Of a DNA stretch of 64,000 nt, positions 1 to 10,160 are shown piece after piece. The position numbers were made by a program, and so were the translations under genes. The notes beneath the pieces were generated by a model that did not search any database, was not told the origin of the DNA, and saw nothing but the letters and a program-made list of their open reading frames with translations. This DNA is from a virus. Where the stretch lies: UHGV virus genome UHGV-0020019, one strand, 5' to 3'. The stretch's first letter is position 1. Each line of letters opens with the position of its first letter.

Positions 1-3000
1 ATCTTCAAGCAATACAATAGAATAGAGCTGGAAATGCTTAGAAAATACTCCATAGAACTGGCTTTGGAAATCAGTCTCCTTACCACTCTTATCAGAAAGT
101 CTTTCAATAAGCTGGGATAACCAAGGGTTCTGCTTCTGCTTATCAGACAATCTCTTAATCATATCATCAAGAGATAATGCTCCCTGTGTCCATCTCAAGA
201 TACTATTGACAGACTCTCTAGGATTTACCCTTTCTGCAATTCCCCACTTACTATATACCTTGTTACCTTCTGCATCCAGGAGATAGCATTGATGAAGACC
301 TAATCTTACCAAGGCAGACATAGAGTTAAGAACATCAATGGTTCTAGATTCAACCTGCCAATGTTCCTGCTCATCCTTTTCTCCTTCTTCTGCTGCTATA
401 TCCTGATCATTGGAATAGTCATTGAAGTTATCAAAATCTACCTTAGAGTCTTCTGTGGTAGTAAAGTTACCTCTGCTATAGTCCTTGGTAATACCAAAGC
501 CTTCATTCATAGCAAAGATGTCTGCTGCCAGATACATAATAGCATCCCAGTTGTCTGTAATCAGCTGAGCCTGCATCATGGTATCTGTATCCTCATAATC
601 CATTACCTGAGGTGAGAACAGAGTTTTGGTTCTCTCAATAAGTCTATCCAAACCTACAGTTTCTACAATCTGCTTTCTAGATGCAGACTGAAAGTCTAGG
701 TCTGTATTGAGGGAAGGGAATAGAGTCTTTGCAAGACCTTCTTCCTTCTGAAGATTAGTAATCTCATCAGAGATAGAGTTAACTATCAGTTCTGCTGTAT
801 GACGAACTTCTGTAGCAGACAGAGAAGCACCAAGTTCCTCTAAGTCCTTGTCACCATTAAGCAGGTTGTCAATCTGCTTATTAAGCTTATCATACTCACT
901 TAGATTAGTCTCAACTTCTTTCTTCTGAGAATCCTTAGATTCCTGAAGATACTCTTTCTCACTTGTTGCTTGAAGCACTGTGTCCATTTGATTGATAATG
1001 TTTTGATTTTCCTCAAATGAGTTCTCCATAGATAACTGTGCATCCAATTCCTTTAAATAAGGTATCTTCCAGGTAGCATCTACTGGTGTCTCATCATAGA
1101 GGTCATTAAAGTATTCATAACCTGGAAGAGAAACTTTCTGTGTTTGTTCTTCTGGGAAAGAAGGATTAGTTACTTCTGTTTCAGTTCCTTTATTATCATC
1201 AAAGACTATAACATCAGGATTCTTCACTATATATTCTGTGTTATCTGCCCACATAGTTCCCTTGTCAAGCACAATAACATCAGCTGTAGTGTTTCTTCCA
1301 TTTTTTACATAGTCTCTAATATCTTTGTAGTGTTCTACTTTTGCAGTAGAAAGAATATGGAATTTGCTAACTTTAGCATAATCCCCAGTATAGTGTCTAT
1401 TGATTCTATTGCCTTCTGGATGCTCTGCTGTAGGAGGTTCAGGAGATTTATCTGTTCTACTCTTAGCATAATCAGTAGCCTCTTCTTCACTTGATGTAAA
1501 GTAGAGTGCTCCCTTAAGAGTTTCATCATAATCTACTGCTGTCTTTCCTACAGTTTCACCAAGAGTTTTAGCTTCTCTATCTTCCATTAAGGCATATCCT
1601 CGATAGATAGTAAGTGGTGATTTACCATCTTCTGAGTATAAACCATCTACTTCCTTAGATAACTGACTTAACTGATACTGTTGAGCAGCATCATAAGAGT
1701 CTTTATCAAAATGCTTAGGCTCTGCTACTTCATGGTCAACCATAAATACAACTTGAGGATTACCATGATTCTTTGCAATATTATCATGGTCATACTCCAT
1801 ATTGTAATCCATAGTTGCAGCAGTATGGAAACCTAAAGTCTTCTTATAGATAGCCTGTAATGGCTGCTTTGCACTCATGTAGGCATCAAGATGGGTAGCA
1901 CCTTCTTCCTTAACCATATCTTTAATAGCATAAAGGAAACCTTTATTAGTACTAGGGCTAAGAGAGAATACACTTATCAAATTGCCATCAGGTTCTATAG
2001 CAAATCCACATAAACCATCTTCTGTAATAAAGCATTTTGCATTAGAATAATTATCATGTAAATCTACTAATTCTCCATTAGGAAGATAGATTCTTACCAT
2101 CTCAAATATATCATGGAATAATTTTCCATCTACTCTTCCTACATTAAAAGTGCCTACACTATTATCTTTGTTTGTATGGGTTAAATGAGATTGGACGCCA
2201 TGCCAGCTACCATTGCTGTTGGCTCCCAAGAGTCCTCCCAGAATCCCTCCGATTCTTTCTTTATCCTCGTCATTAAGTTCCCTTTCTCTGAGCTGAAAGC
2301 TGGATACTCCTTTTTCAGAAAATTTACGGCTTCCTTCTTGAACTCTTCTAAACTCATCTGTTGTTTTGTATTCTTCTGTTCCATTTTCTTTTGAATTTTT
2401 ATTTTCAGAACGTGAATTACTTGAACTTATTGTATTATCTTTGATATTTTTATCAAGATGTAAAGGAGAGCCTTCTTTCTTGACATTGTTACTAATAATG
2501 GTAACAGTATCTGTAGCTCTTGATACACCAACATATTCAAGCTGCTGCTTGATATTAGCTACTTGATCAGGTTGAGTATTCTTTACTTCTACATCTACAT
2601 CACTAAGGTCTCCTAAATCAACTTCTTCAGAACTCTTTAACTCTGCATTGGCTGCATCATTTCTAGTCTCTTCTCCAAGGTCAACCATCTCCATAGCATT
2701 AGCAGCATTGTTGTCACTCATAGAAGCCCTAGATACATCTACATCATCCATCAGTACATGGGTAAAAGTAGAACCTTGTGACTTATGAATGGTAAGAGCA
2801 TAGCCAAAGTCAATAGTCTTAGCCTGTAAAAGGTTATGGCTATTATCTTCAATGTTATCATTGACAAAGAGGAAAGAATCAATAGCATTAATCTTAGCAT
2901 AGACTGCTGCCTTAGCTTCTCTACCATAAGCTCTTCTAGCTTCATTCCATAATCTCTTCTTCTCATTGGCAAGAATCATGGCACTCTGTCTATTCTGGGC

Positions 3001-6000
3001 ATTGTTCTTAATGTCCATGAAGTTGAATGTATCTATATTACCTAATGAGTCTTCAAGAGTAATAGGAACAGCCTGCATCACTACAGGAGTACCATTATCT
3101 AATCTGGTCTGTACTGTAGTAGGTCTGCCTACCTGAGTTACTTTGTATGATTCAGAATTAATGAATCTATAACTCTTAGTTCTCCATTCATATCCCCAGT
3201 TAGCATAACCTGTCATAGGCTCACCTACATGTGGAATAGGAGAGTCATAACCCAAAAGTTCTCTTACCTGATTATTGTAAGCAGTTACAGCCTTGTTGGT
3301 ATAAGCTAGGATTCTAAAGTAATTAGGATTCTGCTTCAAGCCTTTAACATACTTATCAATAACTTCATTGATAGCATCTTGATGCTGAGGAGCAATATAT
3401 GCAACACCCTCACCTTTACTATTGAATGATGATATCCTAGACAAAGGTTCTCCATTACGGATAGCTGTAGCTTCCTTAAGGATAGCATTGTCATCTGTTC
3501 TCTCTACTTGGGTAAGACGGATGACTTTACCTTCACCATTTCTAAAGACCTTAGAGATTTTATCCTCATTGACAGGAGCCAGCTGAGCTTCATCACCTAC
3601 ATAGATAATCTTAAGATCCATTTTCTTGGCAATATCATTAAGGATTTTATAATTCTCCTCATTGATCATAGAAGCTTCATCGATAATAATGGTAGTTCCT
3701 GGCATGATGTCTACATCCTTCAAGACATTTACCAAGTTTCTAGCATTATAAGATTTGCTTGAATCTACTTCTACATTGATACCAAACACCTTATTTAATG
3801 TAGATGCCTTGAAGCCAGCCTTAGATACTCTGTCATTAAGTACTGCTGCTGCCTTATTGGTTGTAGCACAGAACATCACAGGTCTATTCTGCTTCTGTCC
3901 TTTCTTAGCAATCATCTCCATAAGAGAAGTCTTACCAGTACCGGCATAGCCACTAAGAGTCATAGATGTCTCATTGGACTTCATGAATCTATCCATCTCA
4001 TTGAGAGCATCTATCTGCTGAGCATTTGGCTTGAATGGAGCTTTGACAGTAGTACCATCTGCAAATGTAAAGTCTTGAGGCACAGCTTTTCCACTGTGTT
4101 TATTATCTTCTGGTACATTGTTTACCAAATCATAATCAGCACTTTCCTGCTCAATAAGAGACAGCTCATCCTTAAGTTCCTTGCCAGATATAGTACTAAC
4201 AAACTCACCTGTCTTTGCATAATCTGCAATGTTGTTGTTTGTCTTAGAGAATGTTCCTATATTATCTGTTGCTGACTTAATCTGATTAGGATTATGAACA
4301 ACATATATAGTTTGATTCTCTTTCTTATTATCATCAAAACCAGTAAGGACTATACCATTTTCAGAACCCTTTCTTTTAGATGACTTATTTACTATCTCTC
4401 TATAAGAAGTTCCTTGCTTGTGCAAGTCTTCCTTAGTACCATGAAACACTTCTAAGTTTTTTATGTTCAAGAACAATGATAACTTGGCTTTTCTACTAGT
4501 TAAGAAATTATCCTCACTACCAGGCACAACATTATCTGTGGTAAAGAATATGGCGTTCTTAGTACCACCTGTCTTTGAGAAGAAATTATCGAACTCTGTG
4601 CTAAACTCAGACAGATTTTCATTATCAGTATAATGATAGACAACCAAAGGTTCTCCATTTTCATCTACTACTTTAGAAACATCTGAAGAATATGCTGGAG
4701 TGTAATTAGCCTCAATATCTGATGATTTAATATTACCACTTAATTTAGCTGTATCTTTAATAACAGATATTTGAGAATCATTAGAATCCCCATAATTTTT
4801 CAACAAAGAGTCTTCTGTAATTTCAATTAATCTAGGAGAATACTCTTTTGTAATGACAGCTTCCTTATATTCTTTATTACCTACATTGAATGTATTTCCA
4901 TTGGTAGAAATAAATTCAGTTTGAGGCATATCATATATATAAGGTTTACCATCAATACTCAATGCTGCTACATAGTGAGTTATGATTTTTCCTGTAACAG
5001 GACTTTTGGCATTTATTATATTAGTATGGGCTTCAATCCCATATCTATCCTTTAAGAATGCTTGTATTCTTTGTGCTGTATATTGACATATTCCATTTAA
5101 AGGATTTGACCTGTTAACTAAAGTTCCTACTTTTATAACATTAGATACGCCTATACTATTAAAACCAAATGGATCTTCTTTTGTAGTTTCTTTTCTTTCT
5201 ACTGGATGAGACAATATTTCATTAGAAGTAGAATAGGTATTTCCCAAAGGATCTTTTTTAAGTATATCTACATACTCTCCTGTTCTTTCCCAAGTAGATA
5301 AGCCATATTGTCTAGGAGGTGTATATTCCTTTTCCCAATCACCAAACCACTCTTTAAAGGCTTTAGTTCTAACTTGAAGCCACTGTCTTTCACTAAGATT
5401 AGAGTTCTTACCATTAGGTGCCTTCATAAAGGTACCGTTAGCAATAGCTTTGCTCTTTAAAGCTTGTAACTCTTCATTGTACACCTCTCTATTAAAGTCA
5501 TGAACAATTTCCTTCTTTAGTTCATCATCAGACAGTGTTCTGAAATCCCATTCCTTCTCATTATACTCCTTTCTCAAAGGATTCTTGATACCATTATATC
5601 TCATATAGGTATCAATATCAAAGGCATCAAGAGCTTTCTCCAAGGCATTCATTGACCTCTGATAGTATGTATTGGAGGTATGAAGACTAAGAAGAGTCTT
5701 GAAGGCATCAAGTACTCTAGACCAGAAAGACTTCTTATCCTTATTCTGCTTGTCAATCTCTTGAATCTTACTTCTAAAGACAGGATTACCAAGTTCTGCA
5801 ACAAATTCAAAGACATCAACAATGCCTCTTTCACCCTTTAAGATAGGATTGGTCTTGAGGTCTTGGTAGAGAGAATTAACTTCTGTACGGAACTCCTGCA
5901 AAGCTTCAGGTCTCTTCCAATTCTCAGTCTGATTGGAGAGAGCATACATAGAGATAGAATGAAGTACTTCATGAAGAATGATAGAAGCCTTCATATTGTT

Positions 6001-6666
6001 CATTATATCTCTTTCAAGGAAAGACTTCTTATAGATGATAGTATTGCTATTGGTGTATCTACCAATAGTTCCAAAAGGAAGAGATTCATTAAAAGATACC
6101 TCAATACCTAAGTCCTTAGCAATGCTAAAGACTTTATCAGCCAATACTTTAGAAGTTCTATCATCATTGAATCTGTTGTATAGCTCCTGAACCTTACTAA
6201 TTGTATAGGTTTGATTCTCCCTAATACCAAGATTAAGCTTCTTGACATCCCTCATAGAACCAATGTTGTCAAACTCATCAAAGAAATCATCTTTATCATA
6301 ATTAGCTTGTTCTACAGGTCGCTTAACAGAAAGTACATAATTTCCCTTAGCATTTTTGTAATGAACAATAGCAGACTGAGGGAAGAAGTTTGATGCTTCC
6401 TTCCTAGCTACCTGAAGTTCTCTAAGGGACCTAAATTCCTGTGGAGTATTATATCTCATCTCCCATAGTTTTCTTACAGACTTACCAGACTCCTGGTAAT
6501 GAGTATTACCAAGCTGAGCCTGAATATAAACATCTGTAGGAAAGAGAGTCTCATTCCCTGCTTCTAACCAATACTTGTGAGTAATAAGCTCAAGAGTATT
6601 ACTATTCACATTATTCCTTGTAGATAGATTCTTGAACTCTTTACTACTTATATTTACACATCCCAT
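1..6666 (-). CDS. Giant multidomain protein, 3'-partial (runs off the window start; at least 2222 aa). N-terminal HExxH zinc-metallopeptidase-like segment; central Dda/RecD-like SF1 helicase; long C-terminal region not assigned.
   Basis: Hand translation from the ATG at 6664-6666 downward gave more than 260 codons with no stop (MGCVNISSKEFKNLSTRNN...ASIILHEVLHSISMYA). Segments read at 3560-3960, about 2800, 2161-2280 and 1-60 are in the same frame (codon starts congruent to 1 mod 3) and stop-free. Helicase motifs read directly: GYAGTGKTSLM (Walker A), ATTNKAA, IIIDEASM, YVGDEAQLAPV, LTIHKSQGST. Its absence from the ORF track is explained by having no stop inside the window. Confidence 0.6.
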   Translation of the reverse strand, partial: MGCVNISSKEFKNLSTRNNVNSNTLELITHKYWLEAGNETLFPTDVYIQAQLGNTHYQESGKSVRKLWEMRYNTPQEFRSLRELQVARKEASNFFPQSAIVHYKNAKGNYVLSVKRPVEQANYDKDDFFDEFDNIGSMRDVKKLNLGIRENQTYTISKVQELYNRFNDDRTSKVLADKVFSIAKDLGIEVSFNESLPFGTIGRYTNSNTIIYKKSFLERDIMNNMKASIILHEVLHSISMYALSNQTENWKRPEALQEFRTEVNSLYQDLKTNPILKGERGIVDVFEFVAELGNPVFRSKIQEIDKQNKDKKSFWSRVLDAFKTLLSLHTSNTYYQRSMNALEKALDAFDIDTYMRYNGIKNPLRKEYNEKEWDFRTLSDDELKKEIVHDFNREVYNEELQALKSKAIANGTFMKAPNGKNSNLSERQWLQVRTKAFKEWFGDWEKEYTPPRQYGLSTWERTGEYVDILKKDPLGNTYSTSNEILSHPVERKETTKEDPFGFNSIGVSNVIKVGTLVNRSNPLNGICQYTAQRIQAFLKDRYGIEAHTNIINAKSPVTGKIITHYVAALSIDGKPYIYDMPQTEFISTNGNTFNVGNKEYKEAVITKEYSPRLIEITEDSLLKNYGDSNDSQISVIKDTAKLSGNIKSSDIEANYTPAYSSDVSKVVDENGEPLVVYHYTDNENLSEFSTEFDNFFSKTGGTKNAIFFTTDNVVPGSEDNFLTSRKAKLSLFLNIKNLEVFHGTKEDLHKQGTSYREIVNKSSKRKGSENGIVLTGFDDNKKENQTIYVVHNPNQIKSATDNIGTFSKTNNNIADYAKTGEFVSTISGKELKDELSLIEQESADYDLVNNVPEDNKHSGKAVPQDFTFADGTTVKAPFKPNAQQIDALNEMDRFMKSNETSMTLSGYAGTGKTSLMEMIAKKGQKQNRPVMFCATTNKAAAVLNDRVSKAGFKASTLNKVFGINVEVDSSKSYNARNLVNVLKDVDIMPGTTIIIDEASMINEENYKILNDIAKKMDLKIIYVGDEAQLAPVNEDKISKVFRNGEGKVIRLTQVERTDDNAILKEATAIRNGEPLSRISSFNSKGEGVAYIAPQHQDAINEVIDKYVKGLKQNPNYFRILAYTNKAVTAYNNQVRELLGYDSPIPHVGEPMTGYANWGYEWRTKSYRFINSESYKVTQVGRPTTVQTRLDNGTPVVMQAVPITLEDSLGNIDTFNFMDIKNNAQNRQSAMILANEKKRLWNEARRAYGREAKAAVYAKINAIDSFLFVNDNIEDNSHNLLQAKTIDFGYALTIHKSQGSTFTHVLMDDVDVSRASMSDNNAANAMEMVDLGEETRNDAANAELKSSEEVDLGDLSDVDVEVKNTQPDQVANIKQQLEYVGVSRATDTVTIISNNVKKEGSPLHLDKNIKDNTISSSNSRSENKNSKENGTEEYKTTDEFRRVQEGSRKFSEKGVSSFQLRERELNDEDKERIGGILGGLLGANSNGSWHGVQSHLTHTNKDNSVGTFNVGRVDGKLFHDIFEMVRIYLPNGELVDLHDNYSNAKCFITEDGLCGFAIEPDGNLISVFSLSPSTNKGFLYAIKDMVKEEGATHLDAYMSAKQPLQAIYKKTLGFHTAATMDYNMEYDHDNIAKNHGNPQVVFMVDHEVAEPKHFDKDSYDAAQQYQLSQLSKEVDGLYSEDGKSPLTIYRGYALMEDREAKTLGETVGKTAVDYDETLKGALYFTSSEEEATDYAKSRTDKSPEPPTAEHPEGNRINRHYTGDYAKVSKFHILSTAKVEHYKDIRDYVKNGRNTTADVIVLDKGTMWADNTEYIVKNPDVIVFDDNKGTETEVTNPSFPEEQTQKVSLPGYEYFNDLYDETPVDATWKIPYLKELDAQLSMENSFEENQNIINQMDTVLQATSEKEYLQESKDSQKKEVETNLSEYDKLNKQIDNLLNGDKDLEELGASLSATEVRHTAELIVNSISDEITNLQKEEGLAKTLFPSLNTDLDFQSASRKQIVETVGLDRLIERTKTLFSPQVMDYEDTDTMMQAQLITDNWDAIMYLAADIFAMNEGFGITKDYSRGNFTTTEDSKVDFDNFNDYSNDQDIAAEEGEKDEQEHWQVESRTIDVLNSMSALVRLGLHQCYLLDAEGNKVYSKWGIAERVNPRESVNSILRWTQGALSLDDMIKRLSDKQKQNPWLSQLIERLSDKSGKETDFQSQFYGVFSKHFQLYSIVLLED

Positions 6667-6773
6667 AAATTATTAATTATTTAATTTTGAGGCAAAAATA
6701 AGTAAATTCCTAAAGAGAAAGTTTTACTTAACTAATATCTTTATATTATTTAAAGGGTTTATTTGTTTAAACC

Positions 6774-6799
6774 AAGGAGAGTAGATTAAAACCCTCCTT
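6774..6799 (-). terminator. Hairpin AAGGAG-(14 nt loop)-CTCCTT at the stop of the 57-aa ORF; possible weak terminator or attenuator
   Basis: Inverted repeat read directly; no clear U-tract after it on the minus strand. Confidence 0.25.
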
Positions 6800-6974
6800 A
6801 GCTTATTCTTATCTTGCTGTCAATCCACTCAACAGCCTTATTTAACATCTTCTGAAGAGCTTTTCTTTCAGAATCAGTCATTTTAGCTTCTTCAATAGCA
6901 GCGCAGGAATCACATTCCATAGCCAATGAAGAGAGTTTATTCCTCATTCCAACACTCCATTTTGTTCTTTTCAT
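6798..6974 (-). CDS. Small hypothetical protein, 57 aa (MKRTKWSVGMRNKLSSLAMECDSCAAIEEAKMTDSERKALQKMLNKAVEWIDSKIRIS)
   Basis: Manual translation; below the 60-aa ORF-track cut-off; fills the gap between the giant ORF and the 6986..7399 ORF. Confidence 0.35.
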   Translation of the reverse strand: MKRTKWSVGMRNKLSSLAMECDSCAAIEEAKMTDSERKALQKMLNKAVEWIDSKIRIS

Positions 6975-6985
6975 ATATTATAATT

Positions 6986-7399
6986 TTAATCAATATTACA
7001 ACATACTTCCTCTATTACTTTATAGAAATCAATACCATCTACCATATCCTCAATAAAGGCTACCTTGCCCTGAGTATATTGAAGGTCAGAGATATATTGC
7101 TTAAGTTCTATGATTTCCTGAATATAGTCAGGATTATCCTTAGCATACTTCTCATATTCTGCAAGTCTATCCTTAGAACTACTTATATCCTTGCTTAAGT
7201 CTGTAACAACTTCTCTAATACTTTCTTTGGTTATAGTAGTATAAAAATCCTCTTTACCTGCAAATACAGGATGTATATTCTCACTAAAATATTGGTATAG
7301 TTCTGTATTACGGGAGAATGCAGCTAAGAGGATATGTTTCTTTTCTTCTTTATCTGATTTCCTTTTAGGAACAATATAAATTGATAAATAACTACTCAT
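6986..7399 (-). CDS. Hypothetical protein, 137 aa
   Basis: ORF-track ORF, tightly packed on the same strand; no motif recognised. Confidence 0.5.
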   Translation of the reverse strand: MSSYLSIYIVPKRKSDKEEKKHILLAAFSRNTELYQYFSENIHPVFAGKEDFYTTITKESIREVVTDLSKDISSSKDRLAEYEKYAKDNPDYIQEIIELKQYISDLQYTQGKVAFIEDMVDGIDFYKVIEEVCCNID

Positions 7400-7411
7400 A
7401 ATAATTTGCTT

Positions 7412-7888
7412 TTAAAGAGTCCATAATCTAGGATCTGAGTTTTCTTTTAATATCTTATATACTTGTTGTTTGACTTCTTCAGATATAGTATACCCTCTTT
7501 CTATAGCATTATAATTTTTAGTGATATTTAATCCTGCATGATAATTTCTACGTATCTTTTTAGGTAGAAATTCTTCAGTTGGATTATAAGAGTAATAGAA
7601 CAAACTGTAGCCAAACACAGTCAGTAAAGATATAAAGTCCCGATACTCCTTATCTCCTAAAGCCATATTATAAGGAAATTTAGTAGATCTTTCCATTTCC
7701 CTTATTCCTGTTTCCCAACCTATCTTAAATCCACTTTCATAGGCTTCTCTTTGATTTCCTATTCTTTCTTTCATTTTTGTAGAGCAACCTTCATCTTTTG
7801 CTATTTTGCCAAAAATAAGGTTCCATATTGTATTATGTGGATCTACTAAATAAGATGTATCTTTTTCTAAATAATCAGTTGCATTCAT
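7412..7888 (-). CDS. Hypothetical protein, 158 aa
   Basis: ORF-track ORF, 2-nt spacing to the next ORF. Confidence 0.5.
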   Translation of the reverse strand: MNATDYLEKDTSYLVDPHNTIWNLIFGKIAKDEGCSTKMKERIGNQREAYESGFKIGWETGIREMERSTKFPYNMALGDKEYRDFISLLTVFGYSLFYYSYNPTEEFLPKKIRRNYHAGLNITKNYNAIERGYTISEEVKQQVYKILKENSDPRLWTL

Positions 7889-7889
7889 A

Positions 7890-8762
7890 TTACAAATCCT
7901 TTCCTAATTCTTTAAGAATTAAATCATGTGCCATAGAAGCTACCTGCTTTGCATTAGGATGTGGAGCACCAGTTGTTCCTCTATATCTAAGGTCAAAGAA
8001 GTGCTTCCAGTCATCTTCAAAGGCTGTATATACTACCTCAGTAGCTGTAGCTAAAGGAAGTACTTCTCTTGCCTGCTGAGGTTGCCATCCTTTACTAAGT
8101 AATTTTAAATAAGTATGATTAGCCTTTACCATAGAAGCTATAGTCTCTAAATTTGGATTCTCGGTATCATATTGTCCAGTGAGAAAACATAATTCAGATT
8201 GCATAGTAAGTTCTTTATCAATCTTAATCCAAGAGGGCAAAATAAAAGTGATTCCGTTATCAAATTTCTCTTTGGAGTAATTGCAGTAACGAGTGCTTTG
8301 CTCCGCTATGCTGGCTGTCCTATGACGATTAAATTCCCTTGAAACTCCAATAGATGTAATAAATTTTAAGCAGATCCTCTTAACATGGGTGTCTGTCGGT
8401 TCACAAAGATACTTATCAATAACTTCCCAAGCATTCAATTCTGTTATTACCCTAAGGTTGGTAGTAAGACATAGTGTATTAGTCCTATCATCACATACAC
8501 TTCTACTATATGGACTGTTTGCTACTTTCCAGAACAATAAATCATCTGAATCACAAGATGTTGCAAGATAGACAGTACCATGCTCAAGCATAGCATTATG
8601 TCTGCTCTTAATCATTCTTTCAACAAATGGTTTAGCACTGTCTTCTGTGATTTTATCTTCTGACTTATAACATATCCTACCTACACGTTCTACTTGCTTA
8701 TAAATACCCTCAAGACCTGGCGCTTGAGTAATGAGTTCTACTGATGGATTAATTAACTTCAT
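7890..8762 (-). CDS. thyX: Flavin-dependent thymidylate synthase ThyX
   Basis: ThyX signature RHRxxSxxxQSxRY present as NRHRTASIAEQSTRY; 290 aa is typical for ThyX. Confidence 0.75.
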   Translation of the reverse strand: MKLINPSVELITQAPGLEGIYKQVERVGRICYKSEDKITEDSAKPFVERMIKSRHNAMLEHGTVYLATSCDSDDLLFWKVANSPYSRSVCDDRTNTLCLTTNLRVITELNAWEVIDKYLCEPTDTHVKRICLKFITSIGVSREFNRHRTASIAEQSTRYCNYSKEKFDNGITFILPSWIKIDKELTMQSELCFLTGQYDTENPNLETIASMVKANHTYLKLLSKGWQPQQAREVLPLATATEVVYTAFEDDWKHFFDLRYRGTTGAPHPNAKQVASMAHDLILKELGKDL

Positions 8763-8774
8763 TTGTTCAATCTT

Positions 8775-9095
8775 TTAGTTTCTTTTTCTTATTTGTTTAA
8801 TTATATAATTCTTATAGCCTGCTGAAGGTTTATATCTCCTTCTCCTAGCTTCCTCAAGAGGTAAAGGAATAGTTGCTGATTTATTCCTTTCAGGATAATA
8901 TAGCTTACCAGACTTAGATACCCATACTATTCTAGTACAGATATTAATATGATTACCTCCTGGTTTATCACCTTCATCTATATTACCTCCAACATAGTGA
9001 CCATCCTTATCACAGAAAGCTCCAGTATTAGCATCTACGTAGTAACCTGGATATTTGTCACATTCATATATTTCTCTTCCATTATCTAAATACAT
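8775..9095 (-). CDS. Hypothetical protein, 106 aa
   Basis: ORF-track ORF. Confidence 0.45.
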   Translation of the reverse strand: MYLDNGREIYECDKYPGYYVDANTGAFCDKDGHYVGGNIDEGDKPGGNHINICTRIVWVSKSGKLYYPERNKSATIPLPLEEARRRRYKPSAGYKNYIIKQIRKRN

Positions 9096-9113
9096 AATTT
9101 CTTTTTTAAAGGG

Positions 9114-9473
9114 TTATTTACTAAAGTTTACTTCTCCAAATATTTTAGAGAATAGACCTCTTTCCATATACATAATAGAGTTTTGCAAGTGATTTCTGTC
9201 CTTGAAGTCTTTAGATACTCCTACCAATCTGCCAGTTCTACAAGGGTTATTACCAGTTTCTCCATCTCCAACCTCAATAATCATAGCTCCACCTTGCTTT
9301 ACTACTCCTTCACAATCATTACAAAGACCTTGGAATATTTCTCTTGGAGCTTCCTTGTCTCCTTTTAGCTTTCCTAACATGGCTACACCATAGTCTTTCC
9401 CACAACAAATGCAACGTAAGACTGATGGATTAACACCATGCTTAGGACTTAATGTTATACTATTCTTTGTCAT
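9114..9473 (-). CDS. Hypothetical Cys-rich (zinc-ribbon-like) protein, 119 aa
   Basis: CICCGK...CNDCEG cysteine pairs. Confidence 0.45.
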   Translation of the reverse strand: MTKNSITLSPKHGVNPSVLRCICCGKDYGVAMLGKLKGDKEAPREIFQGLCNDCEGVVKQGGAMIIEVGDGETGNNPCRTGRLVGVSKDFKDRNHLQNSIMYMERGLFSKIFGEVNFSK

Positions 9474-9670
9474 ACATCTACACCTTTAGTTACATACCCA
9501 AAACTATCTATCAACTGCTCAATTACCATATCTGCATTGGCATTTGATTTCTTAATGACTTCCTCAAAAGCTTCTGCTAAGTTATAGGGAAGATTTTCAT
9601 CTTCTGAAGGGACTTTAATAAAGTACTGAAGTCCATTACATTCATAGTTTATAGATAAATCATTAATCAT
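9470..9670 (-). CDS. Hypothetical protein, 66 aa
   Basis: ORF-track ORF, 4-nt overlap with the neighbour. Confidence 0.35.
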   Translation of the reverse strand: MINDLSINYECNGLQYFIKVPSEDENLPYNLAEAFEEVIKKSNANADMVIEQLIDSFGYVTKGVDV

Positions 9671-9685
9671 AATATTTATGTTTAG

Positions 9686-10150
9686 TTATTCTAGACACAC
9701 ATCTAAATCATCTACAATCCAGCCTTTACAAGCTTTAAGAATAGATTCATAATGTTTAATTTCCTTTTTAATTTTATGTTCTGTCAGTGTACCTAATGAA
9801 GGTTTCATCATATTGAGTTCTTCTTTAAGGCTTTCTATCTTTTCATCAGACAGTTCTTCAAGATATGAAAGTAGAGTAGGGATACCTATAGCTTCATCAT
9901 CATTCTTAAACTCCTCAATGAAATTAGTATTATCAAAGTCATTCTCTTGAATCTTATTACAGTATCTATGACCTTCATCATCTACCTCAGATTCATAATC
10001 TTCTGATACATTATAATCAGTGACATTGACAGGCATAGATTTGCTTAAGCTGTAAGATACACAACAATCTACTTTCACTGGTTTAGGTTCTGACTTATTC
10101 CAAGGACAAGATGGACTATACTCTGCCCCCATTGGATAATTATTGCTCAT
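9686..10150 (-). CDS. Hypothetical protein, 154 aa
   Basis: ORF-track ORF. Confidence 0.45.
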   Translation of the reverse strand: MSNNYPMGAEYSPSCPWNKSEPKPVKVDCCVSYSLSKSMPVNVTDYNVSEDYESEVDDEGHRYCNKIQENDFDNTNFIEEFKNDDEAIGIPTLLSYLEELSDEKIESLKEELNMMKPSLGTLTEHKIKKEIKHYESILKACKGWIVDDLDVCLE

Positions 10151-10160
10151 ATTTTAAGTA

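Noticed and set aside
361-6393. Numerous short plus- and minus-strand ORFs (60-116 aa) listed in the track inside 1..6666
   Set aside because: All lie inside, or antisense to, the giant minus-strand ORF and have low-complexity or hydrophobic junk translations; they are spurious.
1-6666. Possibility that the ORF-free appearance of 1..6666 reflects stop-codon reassignment (TAG or TGA recoding, as in some gut phages)
   Set aside because: Hand translation shows one uninterrupted standard-code frame. It is missing from the track only because it has no stop inside the window. All other genes are contiguous in code 11.
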